A stretch of 10,133 nt of DNA. Source: Aulosira sp. ZfuVER01. Lineage in GTDB: Bacteria > Cyanobacteriota > Cyanobacteriia > Cyanobacteriales > Nostocaceae. The position numbers were made by a program, and so were the translations under genes. This document shows positions 1-8,192 of the stretch, in pieces. Positions within the stretch are counted from its first letter, which is position 1. The number at the start of each line of letters is the position of its first letter. The notes below the pieces were generated by a model that was given only the letters and a program-made list of their open reading frames with translations, did not search any database and was not told where the DNA came from. The DNA is taken from the NCBI GenBank assembly GCA_034530615.2, contig JAVRCV020000067.1, positions 1 to 10,133 on the forward strand, read 5' to 3'.

Positions 1-84
1 GTAGTATCCGAAATGGCAATTGTAGTGTCAAAAACAGCAAATGTAGTATGCAAAACAGCAATTGAGTACTCGAAAATCGAAATG
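1..84. repeat. Degenerate 21-bp tandem repeat, three clear units plus one diverged unit, truncated by the left window edge
   Basis: Units: GTAGTATCCGAAATGGCAATT (1-21), GTAGTGTCAAAAACAGCAAAT (22-42), GTAGTATGCAAAACAGCAATT (43-63), GAGTACTCGAAAATCGAAATG (64-84). Confidence 0.85.
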
Positions 85-87
85 CTA

Positions 88-114
88 CCCTCTGTCTGAA
101 AAATAGGCAGAAGG
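88..114. terminator. Imperfect inverted repeat, possible terminator or repeat-derived hairpin
   Basis: CCCTCTGTCT (88-97) pairs with AGGCAGAAGG (105-114) with one G-U and one mismatch around a 7-nt loop. No U-tract follows it. Confidence 0.3.
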
Positions 115-219
115 AGTAAGAAATTTCCTGCTCGGTTATCCTCCTTGTCCCCTTCTCTTTCATGCTTGGCGATGAAAATGTTTTGATCGCGGCTGCTCTC
201 TGCCTTTCTCCCACGCCCT

Positions 220-1140
220 ATGCTACCAATTATCTACTCCGATGAATTTTTGCTACACGATACTGGGTTTTTTCATCCAGAAAGCCCAGATCGGTTGAGA
301 GCGATCGCCAAAGCTTTGAAAGCTGCACCTTGTTCCGATCAATTAGAATGGCGATCGCCTAGTCCGATCGAAAAACGCGACCCCATGCCTTATCTGCAAC
401 AAGTCCACGATTCTCGCTATATCGATGGCGTAAGAGCATTGTGTAACCGAGGTGGTGGCTACATAGATAATGATACAGTCGTTTCTCCACGCACCTATGA
501 AGTAGCATTACTGGCAGTAAATGCTTATTTGGATGGGGTAGATGACGTATTAACAACCCACGAACCCGTGTTTGTATTGGCGCGTCCACCCGGACACCAT
601 GCACTGCGTGAGGTGGGGATGGGATTTTGCATATTTAATAATGAAGCTTGTGCAGCCAATTATGCCTTAGAACACCCAGGCGTTAACCGCATCGCCATTC
701 TTGATTGGGATGTGCATCACGGCAATGGTACGCAAACCATCGTCCAGAGTAATCCCAACATTGCCTACTGCTCCTTACATCAATCTCCCTTATTCCCTGG
801 CACTGGCAACGCTGATGAACCAGGTAAATATAATAACGTGTTAAATTTACCCATGCTTCCCGGTAGCACAATGGCTGATTATCAACCTTTATTTGAAGAA
901 AAAGTTATACCATTTTTAGTTAATTTTCAGCCAGATTTATTAATCATTAGTGCCGGATATGACGCTACTCAAGATGACCCGTTAGCGAATATTTCTTTAC
1001 AACCACAAGACTTTGGAGTGTTTACAAAATATTGTTTGCAAATCACCCATCGAATTCTATTTGGTTTGGAAGGAGGCTATGATTTGAAGGCATTGGCTCA
1101 GTCAGTAGTCGCGACAGTTGATAGTTATTTGGTTAACTAA
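220..1140 (+). CDS. Zn-dependent histone deacetylase family protein (AcuC/HDAC-like lysine or acetylpolyamine deacetylase), 306 aa
   Basis: Family motifs present: HPESPDRL, RPPGHHA (catalytic His pair), GFCIFNN, DWDVHHGNGTQ (Zn ligands), SLHQ..FPGTG, SAGYDA (Zn Asp), LEGGY (catalytic Tyr). Confidence 0.96.
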   Translation: MLPIIYSDEFLLHDTGFFHPESPDRLRAIAKALKAAPCSDQLEWRSPSPIEKRDPMPYLQQVHDSRYIDGVRALCNRGGGYIDNDTVVSPRTYEVALLAVNAYLDGVDDVLTTHEPVFVLARPPGHHALREVGMGFCIFNNEACAANYALEHPGVNRIAILDWDVHHGNGTQTIVQSNPNIAYCSLHQSPLFPGTGNADEPGKYNNVLNLPMLPGSTMADYQPLFEEKVIPFLVNFQPDLLIISAGYDATQDDPLANISLQPQDFGVFTKYCLQITHRILFGLEGGYDLKALAQSVVATVDSYLVN

Positions 1141-1789
1141 AATCATGATTATTAACTTCTGAATTCTTTTTTATAAAAAACAGTTTTGGTAACAAAAGCC
1201 CAGAACGATTTTTGTAATCCTCAAACTCAGGGTAACGAGATAAAGAATTGTCTTTCTTAAGCATATTGGGAATAAATATCATGCTGATAAATCCCCCAAG
1301 AATCAAGAAGGGGAGCCAGTGTTGAGTCAGCATGGCAAAGGCAGTATAAATAAATATTTCTCCTAGATAATTGGTGTTGCGACAACGAGCAAAGAATCCT
1401 TCTGTTATTAGTCCCTTTTGATATTTAAGGGTATAGTACTTCTGGGCATCGCTAGCAAAGTGTAGAAACACACCAAAGATATTCAAGGAAATGGCTAGTG
1501 CCACTAATGGTAATGGTGGTACTGTGCCACTACTAATCAGAATAAAAGGTGCTATCCAGTATAGGTTCACCATCATAAAGATGAAAATGCTCTGGGGAAT
1601 AGAAACGAATTGCTCCCATTGTTTGTCTGGGAATATCCGGTCTTTTAGTAGCCACAGAAAGCCATAAGTACCGTGAAGTGCTAAATATATCCAGGGACCT
1701 AGGGTGAAGTTCTGGTAAACAAACATAAGCCCCAGTATAAAGAAAAATGTTAGCCCTTTGTGGAGATTGATGGCATACTTAGTTTTCAT
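1133..1789 (-). CDS. DUF1295 / steroid 5-alpha-reductase / isoprenylcysteine methyltransferase-like integral membrane protein, 218 aa
   Basis: Several hydrophobic segments plus the C-terminal signature SDAQKY..LITEGFFARCRNTNYLGEIFIY and RYPEFEDYKNRS..LLP, typical of the PEMT/ICMT/steroid reductase clan. Confidence 0.85.
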   Translation of the reverse strand: MKTKYAINLHKGLTFFFILGLMFVYQNFTLGPWIYLALHGTYGFLWLLKDRIFPDKQWEQFVSIPQSIFIFMMVNLYWIAPFILISSGTVPPLPLVALAISLNIFGVFLHFASDAQKYYTLKYQKGLITEGFFARCRNTNYLGEIFIYTAFAMLTQHWLPFLILGGFISMIFIPNMLKKDNSLSRYPEFEDYKNRSGLLLPKLFFIKKNSEVNNHDFS

Positions 1790-1868
1790 AACTTGGATAT
1801 TTTTCTATTTTGTCTTTATTATTACTTATTCCAAATCCCAGCCTCAATAATAAACAACTTAGTGGAGT

Positions 1869-1955
1869 GCAAGCCGTTGAAATGTGCGTGACTTTAACGC
1901 CAAGGAAAGAACTCTCTCGCTCCTCGGTAAAGGCAAGGGTAGCCAGAAGGAAAGT
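1869..1955 (+). pseudogene. Probable relic of a tyrosine recombinase/integrase gene
   Basis: The frame reads ASR*NVRDFNAKERTLSLLGKGKGSQKES (TGA at 1878-1880). This resembles the segment L-x-x-x-D...L-x-I-x-GKG that follows box I and carries the catalytic Lys of XerC-like integrases. No start codon, box I or box II is visible. Recognised from memory only. Confidence 0.55.
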
Positions 1956-2040
1956 AAACAGATGATCGTTCTCAACATGAGACGAACCGCAGAAACGATT
2001 TTTTGATAGAGTGATGCTTTGTCAAATGCTCTTCATATCT

Positions 2041-3063
2041 ATGTCGTCCCAGGTATCGCTGCCCCAATCGCTACAACAAGACTTACCCCTCACCGCTCTT
2101 GCGCCTATGCAAGATGTGACAAACCTCTGGTTTATGAAAGTCATTGCCCACTACGGCAGCCCTGACTACTTCTTTACCGAATATTTCCGCGTGAATGATA
2201 CCTCAAGGCTCAATCGTCACATTCTGGCAGCAATCACCGAAAACGACACAGGTCGCCCTGTTTTTGCGCAAATGATTGGCGAAAGCGTTCCCGACTTAGT
2301 AAGAACAGCAAAGGAACTCTGTGGCTATAATATCGCGGGAGTTGACTTGAATATGGGCTGTCCAGCACCGAGAATCTATCGCAAGCAAGTTGGGGGTGGA
2401 TTGCTACTCTCGCCAGAAAAAGTGGATCGGATTTTGGGAGAGCTGCGACAAGCAGTCAGCGATCGCCCTTTGACTGTCAAGATGCGCGTAGGCTTTGAAA
2501 ATACCGATACTTTTTACTCGATTCTAGATATAATCAATCGCCACAGCATCGATTTGCTGAGTTTGCATGGTCGCACGGTCAAAGATATGTACCACGGGCC
2601 AGTGAAATATAATTTGATTGCTGAAGCGGTCAAACGAGTTCATTGTCCAGTGCTTGCCAATGGCAACATCTACTCGGCGGCAAAAGCCCAAGAAGTGCTT
2701 TCCCAAACAGGCGCGGCTGGTGTGATGGTGGGACGCTGGGCGATCGGGAATCCTTGGATTTTTAATCAAATTCGGCAAGCTTTGCGAGGAGAGGCGATCG
2801 CGCCTGTTCCTTTAGTAGAGGTACGCAACTATATTGAGCGTTTATGGCAAACCCCCGAAGCACCAAATATCCCAGAGCGAGCGCGGGTAGGCTATATGAA
2901 AATGTTCCTCAACTACATTGCTTTGAGTGTTGACGCTGAAGGTCATTTCTTGCGGCTGATGCGGCAAACGCAGACAGAGTTAGAACTGTTTAATCTGTGC
3001 GATCGCTTTCTTGTTACTGAAGGAACGAAAACTTTAGCCCTAGCACCCTACTCAGGCGTGTAA
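2041..3063 (+). CDS. tRNA-dihydrouridine synthase (Dus family, DusB/DusC-like), about 340 aa
   Basis: Motifs LAPMQDVT, AQMIG, DLNMGCPA (catalytic Cys), GGGLL, TVKMRVG, SLHGRT, ANGNI, GVMVGRWAIGNPWIF. ATG at 2041 is preferred over GTG at 2011, but the start is uncertain. Confidence 0.93.
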   Translation: MSSQVSLPQSLQQDLPLTALAPMQDVTNLWFMKVIAHYGSPDYFFTEYFRVNDTSRLNRHILAAITENDTGRPVFAQMIGESVPDLVRTAKELCGYNIAGVDLNMGCPAPRIYRKQVGGGLLLSPEKVDRILGELRQAVSDRPLTVKMRVGFENTDTFYSILDIINRHSIDLLSLHGRTVKDMYHGPVKYNLIAEAVKRVHCPVLANGNIYSAAKAQEVLSQTGAAGVMVGRWAIGNPWIFNQIRQALRGEAIAPVPLVEVRNYIERLWQTPEAPNIPERARVGYMKMFLNYIALSVDAEGHFLRLMRQTQTELELFNLCDRFLVTEGTKTLALAPYSGV

Positions 3064-3191
3064 GTAACGAAAGCGCAATCCGTTCGCCCTTTGCCAAATA
3101 TCCTCACAAGTTCCTCAACTATTTCTCCTAACCTCATAATGTAACCAGAGAGTCTGCAAGAGACGCTGTCCAATTAACGAGGTTTAGCGGA

Positions 3192-6053
3192 ATGCAAACC
3201 CCCAATATATTTAAAACCGATCCCACCTACGACATTCTCCGCACCGAGCGCCAGCCCCTCAGTTCGATTTTTGCGCCGGAAACAGTAGCCGTGATTGGCG
3301 CTAGTGACTCGCCTGGGAGTGTAGGACGTACTTTGCTGTGGAACTTAATTAGCAATCCCTTCGGCGGTACGGTGTTTCCTGTGAATCCCAAACACCACAG
3401 TGTCATGGGTATTAAGAGCTACGCAACTATCGCGGAAGTTCCCGATGGCGTAGATTTGGCAGTAATTGCCACCCCTGCCCCCACAGTTCCGGGAATCGTT
3501 CGGGAGTGTGTGGCAGCTGGGGTAAAAAGTGCGGTGATTGTGTCTGCTGGTTTCAAGGAAATCGGCCCGCCCGGCATTGAATTGGAGCAACAAATTTTAC
3601 AGGAGGCTCGCCTAGGCAGGTTGAGGATTATCGGCCCTAACTGCTTGGGTGTGATGAATCCCCACACCGGATTAAATGCCACCTTCGCCAGTACAATGGC
3701 ACGTCCTGGGAAAGTCGGTTTTATTAGCCAGAGTGGTGCGCTTTGCACGTCTATCTTGGATTGGAGTTTGCGAGAAAACGTCGGGTTTAGCGCCTTTATG
3801 TCCATCGGCTCCATGTTAGATGTTGGTTGGGGTGACTTAATTTACTATCTCGGTGATGACCCCAAGACTCAAAGTATCGTCATTTACATGGAATCGATTG
3901 GCGATGCGCGGTCATTTCTCTCCGCAGCCCGTGAGGTAGCCTTAACCAAGCCGATTATTGTGATTAAAGCTGGTCGAACTGAAGCCGCCGCTAAAGCCTC
4001 AGCTTCCCATACCGGAGCGCTGACTGGTAGTGATGAAGTTCTCGATGCGGCTTTCCGCAGAAGTGGTGTATTGAGAGTTACGAAAATTTCCGAACTTTTC
4101 AATATGGCGGAGGTATTAGCAAAACAACCCCGCCCCAAAGGCCCGCGCCTGACGATGATTACCAACGCTGGCGGGCCAGGAGTGCTGGCAACAGATTTTC
4201 TCATCACCACTGGGGGAGAACTAGCAGAACTCGCGCCAGAGACAATTACCGCCCTCAACCAAACCCTGCCATCATTCTGGAGTCATGGCAACCCGATTGA
4301 TATTCTTGGAGATGCCGACCCCGAACGTTACAGCAAAACGCTGGAGATTGCCGCCAAAGATCCAGGTAGTGACGGTATCCTTTTGATTCTGACGCCTCAG
4401 GCAATGACCGATCCTACCCAAACTGCCGAACAGTTGAAATCTTGCATTGATAAAGGACAGGTTCCCTCTGGTAAGCCCATTCTCGCAACCTGGATGGGAG
4501 GCGCTGAGGTGATGGCAGGGGAGGCAATTCTCAATCGTGCTAGCATTCCCACCTATCCCTACCCGGATTCGGCAGCCCGTGTATTTACTTATATGTGGCA
4601 GTATAGCTACAATCTACGCGGTATTTACGAAACTCCGGTATTGCCGCAGGAAGAAGATGGTCTTCCTCGGTGCGATATTGCAGAAAAGCTGATTACCACA
4701 GCCCATCAGGCAGGGCGAACCATTCTTTCTGAAACGGAATCAAAGCAAATCCTAGCAGCATACGGTATCCCAACGCTCCCAGACTGCACAGCCGCAACAG
4801 AAGATGAAGCTGTTGACTGTGCAAATTCCCTTGGTTATCCCGTAGTCCTCAAACTCCTATCAAAGACCATCACTCACAAAACCGATGTGGGTGGCGTGCA
4901 GTTAAATCTCATGGATGCAGACGCTGTGCGCTGGGCATATCGCACAATTAAAACTTCTGTCACCGAGAAAGTGGGGATAGAACACTTTTTAGGGGTATCG
5001 GTGCAGCCAATGGTCAACCTGAATGGTGGCTACGAATTGATTATTGGTAGCAGCCTCGATCCGCAATTTGGGCCAGTACTGCTGTTTGGTGCGGGGGGAC
5101 AATTAGTGGAGGTATTTAAGGATAGAGCGATCGCACTTCCACCCCTAAATACTACCTTGGCACGGCGGATGATGGAACAAACGCAGATTTACAAAGCTCT
5201 CAAAGGTGTAAGGGGACGTGCGCCTGTAGATTTAGCAGCCTTGGAACATTTATTAGTACGATTTTCCCAACTAGTTGTAGAACAACCTTGGATTAAGGAA
5301 ATTGATATCAATCCCTTGTGGGCAAGGTTTGATGGCGGGGGTCAAGAGGACACGGAGACACGGGGACGCGAAGACACGGGGACATCTCTTATCACCGCGT
5401 CTCCGCGTCACGCCGTCTCCGCGTCTTCTAAAACTGCGTCTTCCTCACTAATTGCCCTAGATGCGCGGATTGTCCTGCACCCACCAGAAGTCAGGGAAGA
5501 CCAATTGCCAAAACTAGCGATTCGTCCCTATCCCACACAATACATCACTCCTTGGACGCTGAAAGATGGGACTTTAATCACCATCCGTCCCATCCGCCCC
5601 GAAGACGAGCCGATAGCAGTGCAGTTCCATAAAACACTGTCAGAGCAAAGCGTCTATTTCCGTTACTTCCATTTGATGAAGCTAAGTCAGCGAATAGCCC
5701 ACGAACGGATGATGCGCTTGTGTTTCATTGACTACGATCGCGAAATGGCATTGGTTGCTGATTATAAAAATCCCACAACCGGAAATCATGAAATTCTCGC
5801 GGTGGGTCGTTTAAGTCAGTCGCATGGTGTGAGAGAAGCGGAATTTGCCCTACTAGTTAGTGACCCATATCAACGCTTAGGCTTGGGTACAGAAATTTTA
5901 CGCCAACTGCTGCACGTCGGTCGCAATGAACGCATCAAGCGCATCACTGCCGACATTCTGCCAGAAAATGTTGCCATGCAACGAGTCTGCGAAAAAGTTG
6001 GCTTCCGTTTGCATCGCAGTGCTGATTTAGTCAGGGCGGAAATTGATTTGTAG
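3192..6053 (+). CDS. pat: Bifunctional acetate--CoA ligase (ADP-forming) family / GNAT protein lysine acetyltransferase (Pat/PatZ-type), 953 aa
   Basis: CoA-binding domain (VAVIGAS, GPNCLG), ligase domain ([39 protein letters not shown]), ATP-grasp ([34 protein letters not shown]) and C-terminal GNAT ([31 protein letters not shown]). GAGG RBS-like sequence at 3179-3182. Confidence 0.95.
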   Translation: MQTPNIFKTDPTYDILRTERQPLSSIFAPETVAVIGASDSPGSVGRTLLWNLISNPFGGTVFPVNPKHHSVMGIKSYATIAEVPDGVDLAVIATPAPTVPGIVRECVAAGVKSAVIVSAGFKEIGPPGIELEQQILQEARLGRLRIIGPNCLGVMNPHTGLNATFASTMARPGKVGFISQSGALCTSILDWSLRENVGFSAFMSIGSMLDVGWGDLIYYLGDDPKTQSIVIYMESIGDARSFLSAAREVALTKPIIVIKAGRTEAAAKASASHTGALTGSDEVLDAAFRRSGVLRVTKISELFNMAEVLAKQPRPKGPRLTMITNAGGPGVLATDFLITTGGELAELAPETITALNQTLPSFWSHGNPIDILGDADPERYSKTLEIAAKDPGSDGILLILTPQAMTDPTQTAEQLKSCIDKGQVPSGKPILATWMGGAEVMAGEAILNRASIPTYPYPDSAARVFTYMWQYSYNLRGIYETPVLPQEEDGLPRCDIAEKLITTAHQAGRTILSETESKQILAAYGIPTLPDCTAATEDEAVDCANSLGYPVVLKLLSKTITHKTDVGGVQLNLMDADAVRWAYRTIKTSVTEKVGIEHFLGVSVQPMVNLNGGYELIIGSSLDPQFGPVLLFGAGGQLVEVFKDRAIALPPLNTTLARRMMEQTQIYKALKGVRGRAPVDLAALEHLLVRFSQLVVEQPWIKEIDINPLWARFDGGGQEDTETRGREDTGTSLITASPRHAVSASSKTASSSLIALDARIVLHPPEVREDQLPKLAIRPYPTQYITPWTLKDGTLITIRPIRPEDEPIAVQFHKTLSEQSVYFRYFHLMKLSQRIAHERMMRLCFIDYDREMALVADYKNPTTGNHEILAVGRLSQSHGVREAEFALLVSDPYQRLGLGTEILRQLLHVGRNERIKRITADILPENVAMQRVCEKVGFRLHRSADLVRAEIDL
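5345..5443. repeat. Palindromic element of 8-bp tandem units inserted in frame within pat
   Basis: Left arm GACACGGA-GACACGGG-GACGCGAA-GACACGGG-GACA (5349-5384), spacer TCTCTTATC, right arm of reverse-complement units ACCGCGTC-TCCGCGTC-ACGCCGTC-TCCGCGTC (5394-5425), plus an extra CTGCGTCTTC at 5434-5443. Confidence 0.9.
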
Positions 6054-6115
6054 AGTCAAGGGTCAAGGGTCAAGAGTCAAAAGTCAATAGTTACTTGAGG
6101 CTCTGGGCTTTTGAC
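6054..6115. repeat. STRR-like 7-bp tandem repeat with an inverted arm forming a hairpin between pat and acs
   Basis: AGTCAAG GGTCAAG GGTCAAG AGTCAAA AGTCAAT (6054-6088) starts immediately after the pat stop. GGCTCTGGGCTTTTGAC (6099-6115) is an imperfect reverse complement of 6076-6092. Confidence 0.85.
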
Positions 6116-6154
6116 AACTTTAAAGAGAGAACTGCCATCTGTCATCGCTTAATT

Positions 6155-6179
6155 AGTGAGGAGTGGGAAGTTGGGAAGT
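6155..6179 (+). repeat. Short purine-rich 7-8-bp tandem repeat upstream of acs
   Basis: AGTGAGG AGTGGGA AGTTGGGA AGT. Confidence 0.5.
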
Positions 6180-6205
6180 ACTTAAAAAAATAGCGGAGCA
6201 AGATT

Positions 6206-8176
6206 ATGTCACAAGCCACTATAGAATCAACCCTGCAAGAAGAACGTTTATTTCAATCCCCTGTGGAATTTTCTCAAGCTGCTTACATTAAAAGTTTAGA
6301 AGAATACCAACGCATCTATGCAAAATCCGTAGCTGACCCCGCAGGATTTTGGGGAGAACTGGCAGAACAAGAGTTGCAATGGTTCCAGAAGTGGGACAAG
6401 GTGCTGGATTGGCAACCTCCGTTTGCTCAGTGGTTTGTCGGTGGTAAGTTAAACATTTCATATAACTGCTTGGATCGCCATCTCACTAACGGTCGGCGTG
6501 ACAAGACTGCTTTAATTTGGGAGGGAGAACCAGGAGATTCTCGCACCTTTACTTATGCCCAGTTGCATCAGGAAGTTTGCCAAATGGCGAATGTATTGAA
6601 AAAGCTGGGCGTACAGAAAGGCGATCGCGTCGGTATTTATATGCCGATGATTCCCGAAGCAGCGATCGCGATGTTGGCTTGTGTGCGAATTGGTGCTATC
6701 CATACTGTTGTTTTTGCTGGTTTCAGTGCCGAGGCTTTGAGAGACAGACTTGTAGACGCTCAAGCCAAAATTGTGATTACAGCTGATGGTGGTTGGCGCA
6801 AGGATGCGATCGTGCCAGTAAAAGAGCAGGTCAATCGCGCATTGGCGGATAATGGCGCACCCAGCGTCCAAAATGTCTTGGTGGTCAAGCGCACCGATCA
6901 AAAAGTTAACATGATTCCAGAGCGCGACCTGTGGTGGCATGAGTTACGCCAAGATGTATCAACTGATTGCCCAGCCGAGCCAATGGACAGCGAAGATACG
7001 CTATTTATCCTCTACACTTCTGGAACTACAGGTAAACCTAAAGGCGTTGTTCACACTGTTGGCGGTTACAGCCTTTTCAGCCACATTACCACCAAATGGA
7101 TTTTTGATGTCAAAGATAGCGATATCCTCTGGTGTACTGCTGATGTGGGTTGGATTACCGGGCACAGTTACATTATTTACGGGCCGCTGTCCAACGGTGC
7201 AACAACAGTGATGTACGAAGGCGCTCCCCGCAGTTCCAATCCCGGCTGTTTTTGGGATGTAATTCAAAAATATCGCGTCACCATTTTCTACACTGCACCT
7301 ACAGCTATTCGTACCTTCATGAAAATGGGTGAAGAACTGCCCAAAGCACGGGATTTATCATCTTTGCGCTTGCTGGGGTCAGTAGGCGAACCGATTAACC
7401 CCACCGCGTGGATGTGGTACTACCGCGTGATTGGGGGCGATCGCTGTCCAGTCACAGATACATGGTGGCAAACTGAGACAGGCGGAGCAATGATCGGTTC
7501 TTTACCCGGAGCAATTCCTACCAAACCCGGTTCTGCAACCTTACCATTCCCCGGAATTGTGGCAGATGTTGTGGATTTAGAAGGCAATCTCGTAGGTGAA
7601 AATCAGGGCGGATATCTGGTGATTCAGAATCCTTGGCCTGGAATGCTACGGAATGTCTATCGCAACCCTGACCGCTATCGCAGCACCTATTGGGAACATA
7701 TCCCCCCCAAAGATGGTAAGTATATCTACTTCACAGGTGATGGCGCACGCAAAGACCAAGACGGCTACTTCTGGATCATGGGTCGAGTCGATGATGTAAT
7801 AAATGTTGCAGGACACCGATTAGGAACGATGGAAGTTGAATCAGCCCTAGTTTCCCACCAAGCAGTTTCCGAAGCGGCGGTAGTTGGTAGACCGGAGGAA
7901 ATCAAAGGTGAAGAAATTGTCGCCTTTGTCACTTTGGAAGAAGGGTATTTGCCTAGTGAAGAACTGAGTAAGGAATTGAAAAAACACGTTGTCCAAGAAA
8001 TTGGGGTAATTGCCCGTCCGAGTGAAATTCGCTTTACGGATGCTTTGCCCAAAACCCGTTCCGGTAAGATTGTGCGGCGTGTCCTCAGAGCCTTGGCAGC
8101 AGGTGAGGAGATAGCAGGAGATTTATCTACTTTAGAAGACCGTGGTGTAATTGAGCAATTGCGATCGGGTACGTAA
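6206..8176 (+). CDS. acs: Acetate--CoA ligase (AMP-forming acetyl-CoA synthetase), 656 aa
   Basis: Motifs [30 protein letters not shown] (AMP-binding), [58 protein letters not shown] (catalytic and acetylated Lys, K621). GGAG RBS at 6195-6198. Confidence 0.97.
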   Translation: MSQATIESTLQEERLFQSPVEFSQAAYIKSLEEYQRIYAKSVADPAGFWGELAEQELQWFQKWDKVLDWQPPFAQWFVGGKLNISYNCLDRHLTNGRRDKTALIWEGEPGDSRTFTYAQLHQEVCQMANVLKKLGVQKGDRVGIYMPMIPEAAIAMLACVRIGAIHTVVFAGFSAEALRDRLVDAQAKIVITADGGWRKDAIVPVKEQVNRALADNGAPSVQNVLVVKRTDQKVNMIPERDLWWHELRQDVSTDCPAEPMDSEDTLFILYTSGTTGKPKGVVHTVGGYSLFSHITTKWIFDVKDSDILWCTADVGWITGHSYIIYGPLSNGATTVMYEGAPRSSNPGCFWDVIQKYRVTIFYTAPTAIRTFMKMGEELPKARDLSSLRLLGSVGEPINPTAWMWYYRVIGGDRCPVTDTWWQTETGGAMIGSLPGAIPTKPGSATLPFPGIVADVVDLEGNLVGENQGGYLVIQNPWPGMLRNVYRNPDRYRSTYWEHIPPKDGKYIYFTGDGARKDQDGYFWIMGRVDDVINVAGHRLGTMEVESALVSHQAVSEAAVVGRPEEIKGEEIVAFVTLEEGYLPSEELSKELKKHVVQEIGVIARPSEIRFTDALPKTRSGKIVRRVLRALAAGEEIAGDLSTLEDRGVIEQLRSGT

Positions 8177-8192
8177 AGTACTTTTAAATAAA

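Noticed and set aside
1..84. CRISPR array interpretation of the 21-bp repeat
   Set aside because: The units are contiguous with no unique spacers, are degenerate, and no cas genes are in the window.
359..871. Minus-strand ORFs 359-604 and 683-871
   Set aside because: Antisense shadows inside the well-supported deacetylase gene, with no recognisable motifs.
1860..2010. Riboswitch or ncRNA upstream of dus
   Set aside because: No recognisable aptamer consensus and only a weak hairpin near 1966-1985. The integrase-relic reading explains the segment better. An Rfam search would settle it.
3064..3095. Intrinsic terminator after dus
   Set aside because: Only short, poorly paired stems and no convincing U-tract.
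2524..4258. Minus-strand ORFs 2524-2778, 3345-3593, 3419-3814 and 3884-4258
   Set aside because: Antisense to dus or pat, with composition typical of reverse-frame shadows.
5319..5453. Intein or intron in pat
   Set aside because: Far too short, lacks the intein Cys/Ser start and His-Asn end, shows no group I/II intron features, and the frame stays open.
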